Shown here: piece by piece, positions 13,231 to 26,291 of the stretch | Position numbering within the stretch: position 1 is the stretch's first letter | How the letters are laid out: each line of letters starts with the position of its first letter | DNA from: Octopus sinensis | Taxonomy: Eukaryota | Direction of reading: 5' to 3' | Assembly (NCBI RefSeq): GCF_006345805.1 | Contig: NW_021831825.1 | Location: 1 to 64,000 of the forward strand | DNA: 64,000 nt | Notes under the pieces: generated by a model | The model's input: the letters and a program-made list of their open reading frames with translations, nothing else | Told to the model about the DNA's origin: nothing | The model's database searches: none | Position numbers and translations under genes: made by a program

Positions 13231-14274
13231 ATCTCTCATCTCTTTTGCCAAGCTCTGACTCCATTAAGAAATCTGTTGAATGGATAGCTATAAAAGCAAG
13301 AGGCAACCGTTATATGCATGACTTGAAAATATTTACAAAAAAATAATACAAAGCAAGAAAAATTATTAGAATTGTTCATAAATCCAGTTACGGCACAAAA
13401 ATGAGTTCGAGATTAAACGAATGTTCCTTCTATGAAGCTGTTGTAAGAAGAAGTAAATCAACTAAAACTGGGAACATTAACTTATAGAAAAAACACCGAA
13501 ATCAAAGAATTAGACCGGAACCACAAATACAAATACTTTGGTGTCGATGACACTAATAAAACAAGAATCACAGAAATGAAAGAAAATATCTCAAAGGAAG
13601 ACGGCACAAGGATTAGACATTAAAAAAACTGGACTGAACATTCGACATAAGATAATAGGTATAGATACACTTTCAGAAAAGGAACGTAGGAAACTACTCT
13701 CAGCTTTCCAAAGCTAATGCCCCCCCACCCCTACACCGAAAGTTGTTATAAATAAAATATACTTATTGCCCCACACAAAGAAGGCTGGATCTGGTACAAA
13801 TTGAAATCTACCACAAAACAACAACAGTGGGACGAAAAATACTTTCAATCGAGTAAAAGGAAACTGACTGGCGTAAGAAGGAAACGTGAAATAAATAAAT
13901 AAATATATAAATAAATAAATGATAGGTTTTTTCTTTCTGCAGAAGGAAACACGAAAAATACAAATTGAAAACAAACTAGACTGACGCAAAAGATTTAGAT
14001 AAGAATAAAACAAGAGGAAAAAAAAATTAAGATAACAAAAGATAAAATCAAAATGAAATTCTTAATATAATGAAGGTTAAAAGGGGAGAGAAGAACCAGT
14101 CGATGGCCAATATCCCGCAAGGCTTGACAGAGCGGAAGTAAGCCAGAGTGAAAAGCCGACAACGGATCAAAAACTTTCGGTTAAAAGTAGAAACTGAAGG
14201 TCTGGTTTAGGAGAAGAGCGCCATTTTCTAGCTACATACAACCGTAAAAGCGAAATAATGAAAGAAATGTTAAC

Positions 14275-14437
14275 AGTGGCTGTGTGGTAGGTAGCTTGTT
14301 TACCAACCACATGGTTCCGGGTTCAGTCCCACTGCGTGGCACCTTGAGCAAGTGTCTTCTGCTATAGCCCCGGGCCGACCAATGCCTTGTGAGTGGATTT
14401 GGTAGACAGAAACTGAAAGAAGCCTGTCGTATATATG

Positions 14438-14470
<33 letters not shown>

Positions 14471-14684
14471 ATTTGTGTGTCTGTGTTTGTTCCCCTAGCA
14501 TTACTTGACAACCGATGCTGGTGTGTTTACGTCCCTGTCACTTAGCGGTTCGGCAAAAAGTGACCGATAGAATAAGTACTGGGTTTACAAAAAGAATAAT
14601 TCCCGGGGTCGAGTTGCTCGACTAAAGGCGGTGCTCCAGCATGGCCGCAGTCAAATGACTGAAACAAGTAAAAGAATAAAAGAA
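14275..14684 (+). mobile_element. tRNA-derived SINE, family A
   Basis: Head AGTGGCTGTGTGGTAGGTAGCTTG..GGTTCAGTCCC (A/B boxes), central TA/TG microsatellite, tail GAAACAAGTAAAAGAATAAAAG. Confidence 0.9.
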
Positions 14685-15115
14685 TTTATTGCAGACTGTA
14701 AAACCAGCGCAGTGAGACAGTTGGCGAGATCATTTCCAGCTACCCGATATATATTTCACAGATGCGTTCGAGTTTGCAGTTACGTCCATTGGGAATACGC
14801 TGGCAATTTGACGTGGAAAGGATAAGGAGTGGTACAAATATGTACCAAACATGGTACTTGATAATGATTCCGTCACGATCAACTGAGAGATGCCTGTCCA
14901 GACTGGCAACAAGATCAAGGAAAATCTGTCAGATAAAATAATCGGGTCTTAAACATAGAGGGGACAAACAAGGGCAGACAAAGCGATTACAGTCGATTAC
15001 ATCGACGCAGTGCATAACTGGTACTCATTTGATCGGTGTATGTGGTTAGACGATTTAGCGTCTATTTTTCAGCATATTGGCAAAGAAAATATTGCTTTTC
15101 TCCTTATTTATAATT

Positions 15116-15149
<34 letters not shown>

Positions 15150-15337
15150 ATATATAAATACCTGCGTTAAACTCCATTTATTTATTTATATATTATACAA
15201 AAAATCCCACGTAAACCCGAAGTTTCTACCTTTAAAAACAAGGAGTTACAACCTCTTTACTTGTGTGATTTTTTGCTACCCTGATAACTATTTATCTATT
15301 TTTTCCGTGTTAATTGTTAACAAGGGAAAATACACGC

Positions 15338-15410
<73 letters not shown>

Positions 15411-15759
15411 CAGGAATGAATTTGTTGGTATGGCTGTTTGATATGCTATAGGCCTTAGAATATATTTACACGCTCTCTGCTATTTCTAGTATACAAAACG
15501 AACACGTACGTTGAAGAAAGGCTTGATTTAAGTTTGTCTAAAAGAGAGAAAGAGAAATCGAAACTGTGATGAAAATAAAGAAATATTTACTGAGCGAGTA
15601 TCATTAGATGAATAAATTATACAAAAGAGAATTAGCTGTAACATATTAGAAAAGTTATGCAAATTGCGAATCAAATGAATAAATGTCATTTAGCGGCTCA
15701 TAGAAGACGTCTGCAGGATGGTCTTTCTAATAGTATAGATTAAATGCGTTTTTGAAATA

Positions 15760-16110
15760 TGAATTGTACATACGAAATCAACCGCATATCCCGAGTTGAC
15801 ATCTGCTCTTATCTCCATTCTCGCAAACTCATTTCACCCTTTTTGGATAGACCTGTGACTAGAGACGAAAAATGGATCTTCTATCGAAATGTTACCATTG
15901 GCTTGGTAAAAGGGAAAATACTCAACCACAACCGAAAAGGGAACTTCATGGGAAAAAGGTTCTTCTCTTTATCTGGTGGGATTGCAAAAGAGTAATTCAC
16001 TTTGAATTGTTACCACCTAATGCAGCAATCAATGCTCAAGTCTACCGTCACCAATTAGAGCGTTTGAACCAAGCTATGAAGAAAAAAAGACCCGAGGTTT
16101 ATGCAGCTGA
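15760..16110 (+). mobile_element. mariner (DD34D-type) transposase remnant
   Basis: FLDRPVTRDEKWIFY (VTGDEKW motif), HGKKVLLFIWWD..VIHFELLP...INAQVYRHQLERL. Confidence 0.85.
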
Positions 16111-17165
16111 TGAGGATAAATCAAGTATATGTTTGGCAAGCGTATCTTGAAAAATCCGAAACCGGTACTGCATTATCCACTATCTAGGTTTTTCATTTTT
16201 CAGATGTTTTTCCTAGAGGTAAGACAATTTTTTTCATGTTTGTTGCACACACGCATCTTTACTAGTACATACGCAGTGAAGCTGTACATTAGCGTCGTAT
16301 TTATTACGTTCACTATTTTCCAGTAGATATCGGTGCTTCGTTGTACCATTTATTTACTTTTATATATATATATATATATATATAGGCAGATAGAAAGAAA
16401 GAAAAAGAGATGACTAAAAGCAGTGACAGTGAGGGAGAAATAGGGCGAGAGAGATCTGTGAGGAGGAGCGTCGGACAATGAAAGCAGGAGAGAAAGTGGA
16501 CATCTTAAAAAGTTGTCAAACTCAATGTTTGCTCTGTGTCTTACTTTGCTGAATTATCTCTTTAAATGAAACACTCTTTTTATTATCACGATTATTTTAT
16601 TTTATTTATTTATATATATATATTGTTTTTTCTTTTGCTATCACAAATAAATATTTGTATGATATTGGCATGGAGGGTGGTGAAGACGAACGACTCTGAA
16701 CCAGAGCGGTAACAGGTGCTTCGGTTTGGTTGACAGGTAGAGACAGGAAGAGAACACAGACGATCCGCTACGTGATATGAGCAACAGTTTAGCACGCTTG
16801 TGCACTAATAAGCGATTTACTCTCCTTTTATCTACAACATATTTTTTTCCCATTTTTTCTCTTATTGTCAACAGTATCTTTTCATAAAAGAACTCCTGAC
16901 CACAGCCTTATATCTACCCCGTATCTAGTCCACCCGACAAACACGTACGTCCATGTTTACTTAGCGTTTCTTTACTAATTTAACTTGTCCTTTATTGGGG
17001 TGGTAGAATTAGACACCGTGTCCTCGCTTCATTCTTGGGATTAAAGGTTTAATACTCACCTCCGACCCACTTCTTTATTAGAATTTTTTCTTCCTCTTCT
17101 TCTCCTTAGTTCTTCAACACATTCTGGTTCACCTCTCACTAACCCTCATACTCCCTTTCCCTCGC

Positions 17166-17200
<35 letters not shown>

Positions 17201-17269
17201 GTCTTGTTTTCACTCTTTCCAAATCGTTTCAAAGGTTTTTCCTATAATTCAGTGCGTCGAACTAGTTTC

Positions 17270-17734
17270 TGTACACACACGCACGCACACACAAACACAC
17301 ACACACACGCACATGCACGCACACACACACACGCACACACACAACACACACGCACACACACATGCACATACACACACACACACGCACACCCACGCACACA
17401 CACACCACGCACACACACGCACACACACGCACACGCACGCACACACAGGCACACACACACACAAACACACCAACACACAGGCACACACAGGCAAACACAC
17501 ACACACCACGCACCACACACGCACACACACACTACGCACACCCAACGCACACACACGCACCGCGCACGCACACACAGCACACACACACACAAACACACAC
17601 ACACAGGCACACACAGGCACACACACACACACGCACACACACGCACACACACACATGCACACACAGACACGCACACACACGCACAAACACACACGAAAAC
17701 ACACACACAAACACACACACACACACACAAACAC

Positions 17735-17778
<44 letters not shown>

Positions 17779-17790
17779 CACACACACACA
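17270..17790. repeat. (CA)n/(CGCA)n degenerate microsatellite
   Basis: Simple repeat. Confidence 0.95.
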
Positions 17791-18109
17791 CGTATGTGCG
17801 CGCGGTCACATATACGCATAAAAATATACACTCTGAACGCATGCGTATATTAGCCTCTTTTATTCTTTCACTAGTTTCATTCATTGGACTAAGGACATAT
17901 TCAGACGAAATTTTTAAAGGGTCCAGTTGCCATGTTGCCTTAGTACTCATTTTATCAACTTCTATTTGTCGAATAGCTACGATAGGATTTTAAAAAAAAA
18001 ATCTGAAACAAAGCATAGGTTTATATACGCACGTAAACATGAATACGGACACAGTAATACACATATAATAATCTTATCTACTGTAGACACAAAGCCTGAA
18101 ATTTGGAGG

Positions 18110-18278
18110 GAGCGGGCTAGTCAATTGCTTCGACCCCAATGCGTAACTGGTACTTATTTCATCGACACGAAAGTATGAAAGGCAAAGTCGACCTCGGCGG
18201 AATTTGAACTCAGAACGTAGCGGCAGACGAAATACTGCTAAGCATTTTACCCAGCGTGCTAACGATTCTGCCTGCTCG
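18110..18278 (-). mobile_element. SINE-B copy
   Basis: Reverse complement of SINE-B head and body (GTCGACCTCGGCGGAATTTGAACTCAGAACGTAGCGGCAGACGAAATAC). Confidence 0.85.
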
Positions 18279-18312
<34 letters not shown>

Positions 18313-18439
18313 TATTATTATTATTATATATTATTATAGATTATTATCAGTATTATTATTATTATATTATCATTATCATTATTAATATTATTATATTATT
18401 ATTATTATTATTATTATATTAATTATTATTAAGTAGTTA

Positions 18440-18803
18440 TTTTTTTTTATATCGTGCTTTCACTTCACTACCGAGCGCAGCTCTGTGTGCCTTGGGTTTG
18501 TGCTTTGTGATGTGTTGTGTTGTGATGCTTGATGTTACTGTATGGAAAGTGTTCTATGTAGGATGTGGCAGTGCCTAGTAGTGCAATTTCTGTTGTATGT
18601 TTGTTTGTTTGTAAGTCCTGGTGTTTTTGTTATGTATTTGTCTGAATATTTTTTTTCATGCCTAATGCACCTACTATGATAGGAATGTTTCTGTTTTAGA
18701 TTCCACATTCTGGTTACCTCATTCCAGGTCTTTGTATTTTGAGAGTTTCTCCATTTCTTTTAGAGACACGTTGTCATCTGCCGGTATTGAAACATCTATT
18801 TTA
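18440..18803 (-). mobile_element. R4/Dong-type retrotransposon 3' fragment (RLE and 3' UTR)
   Basis: Minus-strand translation IDVSIPADDNVSLKEMEKLSKYKDLE..VTRMWNL..IPIIVGALG; runs into (TAA)n. Confidence 0.8.
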
Positions 18804-18804
18804 T

Positions 18805-18873
<69 letters not shown>

Positions 18874-18874
<1 letters not shown>

Positions 18875-19770
18875 TGGCTAATGGCCTCTGGTTTAAAATC
18901 TGAAACAGAGGGGTTTATCATAGCAGCTCAAGATCAATGCCCCTACCAACAAGAAAACTACCAGGCCAACATATTAAAGAACGGCAGTAGCCCAACATGT
19001 CGTGTATGCCGACAAACAAAATGAAACCATTGATCATGTTGTCTCCAAATGCAGTCTTCTAACGCCTACAGAGTACCTCAACAGGCATGATAGAGCTGCA
19101 CAATATATTCACTGGGTAATTGCCAAAACCTGGATTTGTCCCATGAAAAAAACTGGTGGGAACAACAATCCACTTCTAGTGCTTGAAAATGACCACATCT
19201 CACTTCTCTGGAACTTCACCATTCAAACTGACAGAAGATAGATGTGAATATGCCAGACATCATATTGAAAGACTTCAGACAAAGAACATACCTCCTCATT
19301 GATATGACTGTCCCAATCGATATAAACGTATCTGTCAAGACCTACCAAAACTGAGCAAATATAAAGATCTTGAAATAGAAATCAGGAAAATGTGGAAGCT
19401 GAAGACTAAAACAATACCTGTTGTCATAGGTGCTCTGGGAATGATAGCGAAGGGACTGATTGCTTGCTACCTAACTCAGATACCAGGAAACCCCAAAAGG
19501 GCAGAAATTCAGAAGATAGTACTCATGGGAACTGCTCATATCCTACCCAAAATACTCTTATGTATCCCAAAGTTTAAAACAAACTTTTTTTTATTTATTT
19601 ATTGATTTTTTAAATTTTATCTATTAGACATTCACTAGTACAACACACACACACAAAAAACCCCAAATATATGGCACAGAACTTCTAACCTGTTGTCTCT
19701 TGAGGTCTCTGGGTGAGACTTGGAGCCAACTTGTACAGACATAAAGCAAAAGTCAAACATAGAATAATAA
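18874..19770 (+). mobile_element. R4/Dong-type retrotransposon 3' fragment (CCHC finger, RLE, 3' UTR)
   Basis: SGLKSETEGFIIAAQDQ, CRVC...ETIDHVVSKC...RHD, LLWNFTIQTDR..PDI, KYKDLEIEIRKMWKLKTKTIPVVIGALG; bounded by TAA repeats at both ends. Confidence 0.88.
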
Positions 19771-20089
19771 TAGTATTTTATTTAGGTTGAAGGCTACCAG
19801 CTTTGTAATCGGGTATCAGTTACCAGTCGATTACACTGACCGCTACTTTATCGATCCCGATGCATTAAAGTTGTCCGCGGTGGGAATTGAACTGGAATTG
19901 TAAAGAGCTGGAACAAATAGAGAAATACATTTTCCAACGCTCCGACGATTCTGCCAATCCACCGAAATATAACAATGGACGAACAAATATGTTTACCTGT
20001 TTTCAATTGAGGTTATACTTTCTCCGTTCCTACTTGCATGCCCTCCCCTACTTCTCCCTATCTCCACCTCTCTCTCTCTCTGTCTACCC

Positions 20090-20172
<83 letters not shown>

Positions 20173-20298
20173 TATTTCTTTGTTTCTTTGTTTCTTTGTT
20201 TCTTTGTTTCTTTGTTTCTTTCCTTCATCTTTCTTTTCCTTCTTTCCTTCTTTTTTCCTTCTTTCCTTTCTTCCTCTTTTCTTTCTTTCTTCTTTCCT

Positions 20299-20330
<32 letters not shown>

Positions 20331-20532
20331 TCCTTCTTTCTTCTTCTTCCCTCTTTCTTTCTTTCGTCTTCTTTCTTTCTTTCTTTCTTTCTTTCCTCCC
20401 TTCCTTCTTCTTTCTTTCTTTCTTCCCTTTCTTTATTTATTTCTTTCTTCTTTCTTTTCTTCCTTCCTTACTTTCTCTCTTTCTTTAGTTCTTTCTTTCT
20501 TCCTTCCCCTTCCTTCCTTCCTCCTTCTTCCT

Positions 20533-20564
<32 letters not shown>

Positions 20565-20800
20565 TTCCTTCCTTCTCTCTTTCTTCCTTTTCTTTCTTTC
20601 TTTCTTTCTGTCTTTTCTTCTTCTTTCTTTCTTTCTTTCTTCTTTCATTCTTCTTCCTTCCTTCCTCCCTTTCCTTTCTTTCCTTCTTTCTGTCTTCCCT
20701 CTTTCTTTCTTTCTCCCGTCTTTCTTTGTTCCTTTCTTTCTTCCTTCTTTCTTTCTTCCCTTCCTTCTTTTCTTCTGTTTTCTCCCTCTATTCATTTCTC
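20090..20800. repeat. (TTTC)n/(TTCC)n polypyrimidine microsatellite
   Basis: Simple repeat; source of the FLSF ORFs. Confidence 0.95.
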
Positions 20801-20877
20801 TCTATGTTTTTATCTTTGCTGTTTTCCTTTTTCTTATCACCATCGCCCAACCTTAATTTCTGTCTTCTGTCCGTCTG

Positions 20878-20911
<34 letters not shown>

Positions 20912-20973
20912 ACTCTCTGTCACACTCACTCTCTCTGCTTCTCTAACTCTTTCCCGTTCATCCCAATACTCCG

Positions 20974-21012
<39 letters not shown>

Positions 21013-21461
21013 GACACCCTTACCCCCAGCCAGCCGATCTCTGTGTTTATACAAACATATAATTAGTTGCCTATATATAAATTACATAATTATTGGTATA
21101 GAGCCAAGTTAATGTAAATCGATGAGAGGCGTTCCCCAAGGTGCTGCCCTGAATCCCATTCCTTATTATTGTTTACATTAATGTTCTGGAATGTGTAATT
21201 CATCCCAAAGGAAGAAACCTATTTGCTGAAATTACCCCGAATTTCAGAAAATTCCAGGAATATTATCAATTACAATACAATATGTACAACAACAAACAAC
21301 AAAAACCAAAAACAAGAAATCTTGAAGAACTAAAATCAGTTCTTCATGTTCGATGGGATGGTCAACATTTTTTCTTACATAAGGTAGAGCTTATATTTAC
21401 AAGAAATGGTGGATGGCATTGCGTGACATTCAAATGAATTCGATAAAAATATATTTATTAA

Positions 21462-21626
21462 GGCGTAGGAGTGGCTGTGTGGTAAGTAGCTTGTTTACCA
21501 ATCACATGGTTCCGGGTTCAGTCCCACTGTGTGGCACCTTGGGCAAGTGTCTTCTACTATAGCCTCGGGCCGACCAAAGCCTTGTGAGTCGATTTGGTAG
21601 ACGGAAACTGAAAGAAGCCTGTCGTA

Positions 21627-21663
<37 letters not shown>

Positions 21664-21940
21664 ATATATAATATAATATTATATATAATATATATATGTA
21701 TATATATATATGCGTTGTGTTTGTGTGTCTGTGTTTGTCCTCTAGCATTGCTTGACAACCGATGCTGGGTGTGTTTATGTCCCCGTCACTTAGCGGTTCG
21801 GCAAAAGAGACCGATAGAATAAGTACTGGGCTTACAAAAGAATAAGTCCCGGGGTCGAGTTGCGCGATTAAAAAAGGCAGTGCTCCAGCATGGCCGCAGT
21901 CAAATGACTGAAACAAGTAAGTATAAGTAAGTATAAGTAT
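21462..21940 (+). mobile_element. SINE-A copy
   Basis: Full head GGCGTAGGAGTGGCTGTGTGGTAAGTAGCTTG through (AAGTATAAGT)n tail. Confidence 0.92.
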
Positions 21941-22170
21941 AATGGTTGCGGCTGTGGAAGCATATGGATCGTGAAATTGTGGTTTCGATTCCTAGGCCGG
22001 GTGATGCATTGTGTTTTGAGCAAAGCACTTCATTTCACAATGCTTTTGTCCACTCCTCTGCCTACGTCCCATCCTGTGGGGGATATATACACGATAATAC
22101 ATACGCCGGGAAACCGACATTATGAGCCTCTGGTATGGGAAGGAACTTTGATCCAGTTTTTGAGTGGTAG
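21941..22170 (+). mobile_element. Decayed tRNA-derived SINE, family D
   Basis: B box GGTTTCGATTCC followed by TGTG..TTGAGCAAA.CACTTCATTTCAC; similar segments at 33690-33870 (+), 25130-25270 (-) and 41840-42040 (+). Confidence 0.55.
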
Positions 22171-22588
22171 TAGGTACTATAATCTCAAGAGAACTGGACA
22201 TAATAACCCTATTTCCGTTAATTTCAGAGTTCAAATCACTCCTTAGTCAAAACAGTAAATATTAGTAAACTACTTAGGGATTTATGATTGATTACAGATA
22301 TTTAAGATTGAAGCCAATGATTGAATGAAACGAACTGTATTGAAGAAGATGAAATATCTATTCGTGAGGCAAGTAGCGATAGTAACTGTTGTGCAAGAAG
22401 GATTTCTTAGAAGTGCACCATTATCAGCTCAGTATCGGCCCTCTACTGGACTCCTACATGCATTTCTGGATCGTTAGACACACACATACACACACACACA
22501 CACATAATATATTACATCATATATATATATTATATATATATATATATATAGAAAGAAGCTTATCGTATATATATATATATATATATAT

Positions 22589-22631
<43 letters not shown>

Positions 22632-22636
<5 letters not shown>

Positions 22637-22860
22637 AAGTTAATCCAAACATGAAAGCACAAAAAAACACAACAACGCGAGGACGTGGAACAAATATAGT
22701 ATTATTGGACGCTCAGGAAAGAAGGAAAGAAGGAAAGAGGGAGGGTTTAACGTTTCGAGCGGAGCTCTTCGTCAGAAACATAGGAGAAGGAAAGATCCAG
22801 AGATCCAAAGAAGGGAAGACAGAGGGAAAAAATCGCCAACGGTACACACGCGGTCACATT
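22632..22860 (-). mobile_element. Short hammerhead-motif repeat (Penelope pLTR/retrozyme-like), family H1
   Basis: Second copy at 57250-57460; ends in a (TA)n run; contains the motif at 22745-22779. Confidence 0.65.
22745..22779 (-). ncRNA. Minimal type-I hammerhead ribozyme-like motif
   Basis: Minus strand GTTT-CTGACGA-A-GAGC-TCC-GCTC-GAAA-CGT-T-AAAC: CUGANGA and GAAA core, stem I GTTT/AAAC, stem II GAGC/GCTC, palindromic ACGT stem III, GUU triplet, one extra A. Confidence 0.6.
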
Positions 22861-23052
22861 ATGTTTGTGTGTCTTTGTTTGTCCCCCGCCACCATCGCTT
22901 GACAACCGATGCTGGTGTGTTCACGGCCCCGTAACTTAGCGGTTCGGAAAAATAATCGATAGAATAAGTACTGGGGTCAATTTGCTAGACTAAAGGCGGT
23001 GCTCCAGCATGACCCAGTCAAATGACTGAAACTAATAATAGTGTAAAAAGAG

Positions 23053-23162
<110 letters not shown>

Positions 23163-23203
23163 TGTGTGTGTACACATGCGTTTATACATAGATGCATACA
23201 TAC

Positions 23204-23248
<45 letters not shown>

Positions 23249-23434
23249 TATATATATATATATCCGTAAATATAAGAGAGCCAACTTTGAATATGTTAAC
23301 TCTAGTGCTATTCAAAGTTGGCTCTCTTATATTACGGATAAATATGAATTTGTATCCCGGTTATTGTGCTAGGTCGCTCGGTGTTAAAATAAGGGTATTA
23401 TTGAATTAATATCTATAATTTATTTCACCTCATT

Positions 23435-23502
<68 letters not shown>

Positions 23503-23527
23503 AGAGGAGAGAGAGAGAGAGAGATAG

Positions 23528-23573
<46 letters not shown>

Positions 23574-23810
23574 AGATAGATAGATAGGTAGGTAGGTAGA
23601 TAAACATTGCATACACACATGTATGTGTATGTTTATTGTTTGAATTTTATTGAAGTGTTTATTTTTAAAGCGTTCGAGTCGATCGCTAAAGCAAAGTGAC
23701 AAGGTTTATAGTTAAGTGAGTTCTCGGTGTTTGTAAATACGTGCTTGAGTTGGTGTGTCGGTTGAACTGTTGACGTACACACCCAAGTGTGTGCATCTGT
23801 TCATCTGAAG

Positions 23811-24947
23811 CAGAGGTTATCAACCGTGTTTTGCTTATGGATCCCTTTGATTGTCGTTTTACTCTACTGGACCCTCCTAATCGTTCAATGTTTAAAAATT
23901 ATTATTATATTTTAATAATTATATATTATTAGGAATTGTATTTAAAAAATTATGAAAATATTTCGTAAACTGTAGATGTATAAGGAATTACAACCGTGTT
24001 TCGTGGTCTGCTACCCCAACAGCTCCTTTATAGGATCCAGTTAGCTCAAGACATCATCAGGAGGAACCACGTCCGGTTTTGGCCCCTACTCCTCTACCGT
24101 TTTGACGTGGCGCCCCCCCCCTTTCGGAGGTGTCTTCAGCTCTGGTATTGGGGGCATGTCTTCTTTCTTCTGTTCCTTGGCCTCTTCGATGAAGCGTCAA
24201 CGAGTGTCAGCGGGCGACTGGCTGTCTTGTCAAATTCTTTCCCTTTAAATACTTGCCGCTAGGCTCCAGCAGGCAGCCCCAGCAAGTTGTCACGTGACAC
24301 TGTCTCAACTTTAACTGACCAATGAAGGCGCGTAGTCTTAGCCCACGCATTCTCTAAACGACCGTCACCTGTCAGTCAGCGAATCTAATTCAGTGTCAGC
24401 TTGTCTCACCTCGTGATGTTATTTTCCACCGGCATGTTATGACTTTCAAGCCATTTTTGGTCTTCCCGCTTCAGTCATATATAGAAGCTGGCTTTTTCTA
24501 CCGCCTTCTGTACTCTCTTTATTAGTTTTCTCAGCCCCGAGCTAGAAAAAAACAAATCTTCTTTTGAATAGCGTTGTCATTTTTCTTTCAATGAAGTCCC
24601 TAGCCCCCACTGCCAGGTGGTAATATTCGACATCGCATCCCTGTTCTCTGCATTCTTCGATTAGTTTTTCGTATCTCTTCTCCTTTCGTTCCTCTGCATT
24701 GCCGATGTTCTCTTCCCAAGGTACTGTCAGTTCTAGTAAAATTCCTATTCTCCGTTCTCTGTTCCATAGGACTAAATCTGGTCTTTTTGTCATTTTTATT
24801 AGTGGGAATATTACTTGGCTTTCCAAATCCGTGGCCACCTCGCAGTATCCCTTCCATCTTTCGTCTATCTCGTATATTTTACATAAGTTTTAACAATATC
24901 CTCCACGGACCCCCAAAAGCCATATCAACCTCGGTTGAGAACCACTG
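23811..24947. mobile_element. hAT (Charlie/Buster-type) non-autonomous element with internal cargo
   Basis: TIRs CAGAGGTTATCAACCG / CGGTTGAGAACCACTG, subterminal GGACCC motifs, imperfect 8-bp TSD ATCTGAAG / ATCTAAGG. Confidence 0.75.
24420..24885 (-). mobile_element. HERO/R2-group non-LTR retrotransposon RLE fragment
   Basis: KRPDLVLWNRERRIGILLELTVPWEENIGNAEERKEKRYEKLIEECREQG...VGAR.F is a PD-(D/E)xK endonuclease signature. Confidence 0.8.
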
Positions 24948-25491
24948 ATCTAAGGAATCTCAGATGGAAAATCTTTGGAATATCTTAGAAATTTTCACTG
25001 TGCCGCTATTTGCTTTAGAAACCAATGGTGTCGTGACCCCGAGAAATGTCCAGTATGTGAAAGCGGGACGTAAAGGGGGTTACGCTATCATTTAGTAAGC
25101 TCTCACTATCACTCGCTATCATACATTCAGGCGGGTGGATTGGAGCATTGTGAAATAAGCGAAATGAAATGACTCGCTCACTGACAAAGCCGGCCGTCCC
25201 GAGTCAGGAATCGATTCCACCATTCTAAGATCCTGCGGAAACCATCCAGACCACCAGACCATCAGACCACGCATCACGCGTGTACATCTCTGTACAGCAA
25301 AATTTAGATTCAGATGACTATGGTACTTAAGTTAAAGGCACCAGAATTTTGTATGGTATTGTCCATATAAGTCAAATGGGGTGATTATAATCAAAATAAG
25401 CAACAAGGATATCCAAGGTAGTGTAGTACAATCGTTTCATGCTACTTCATTTTATTAAACACTGTTGAGTATATATATATATATATATATA

Positions 25492-25877
25492 TGGATGGAA
25501 GCACTCCGTCGGTTACGACGATGAGGGTTCCGGTTGATCCGAATCAACGGAACAGCCTGCTCGTGAAATTAACGTGTAAGTGGCTGAGCACTCCACAGAC
25601 ACGTGTACCCTTAACGTAGTTCTCGGGGATATTCAGCGTGACACAGAGAGTGACAAGGCCGGCCCCTTGAAATACAGGTACAACAGAAACAGGAAGTAAG
25701 AGTGAGAGGAAAGTTGGGGTGAAGAGTACAGCAGGATCACCACCATCCCCTGCGGAGCCTAGTGGAGTTTAGGTGTTTTCGCTCAATAAACACTCACAAC
25801 GCCCGGTCTGGGAATCGAAACCGCGATCCTATGACCGCGAGTCCGCTGCCCTAACCACTGGGCCATTGCACCTCCAC
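25492..25877 (-). mobile_element. SINE-C copy
   Basis: Near-identical to 8062-8452. Confidence 0.9.
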
Positions 25878-25883
25878 ACATAT

Positions 25884-26291
25884 ATACTCTTTACTCTTTT
25901 ACTCTTTTACTTGTTTCAGTCATTTGACTGCGGCCATGCTGGAGCACCGCCTTTAATCGAGCAACTCGACCCCGGGACTTATTATTTTGTAAGCCCAGTA
26001 CTTATCCAATCGGTCTCTTTTGCCGAACCGCTAAGTGACGGGGACGTTAACACACCAGCATCGGTTGTCAAGCAATGCTAGGGGAACAAACACAGACACA
26101 CAAACACACACACACATATATATATAATATATAATATATATATATAATATATATATATACTACATATATACGACAGGCTTCTTTCAGTTTCCGTCTACCA
26201 AATCCACTTACAAGGCATTAGTCGGCCCGGGGCTATAGCAGAAGACACTTGCCCAAGGTGCCACGCAGTGGGACTGAACCCGGAACCATGT
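25884..26291 (-). mobile_element. SINE-A copy (head truncated)
   Basis: Reverse complement of SINE-A from the tail to GGAACCATGTG. Confidence 0.88.

Noticed and set aside
13300-14270. Possible LINE UTR or promoter fragment (GCGCCATTTT YY1-like motif at ~14218) upstream of SINE-A
   Set aside because: No protein motif or second copy in the window, and short motifs occur by chance.
21120-21190. GVPQG reverse-transcriptase motif
   Set aside because: Only ~20 codons with no flanking homology; too little to call.
23990-24070. CTGATGA...GAAAC pair on the minus strand as a hammerhead in the HERO 3' UTR
   Set aside because: Stem I does not close and stem II pairs poorly.
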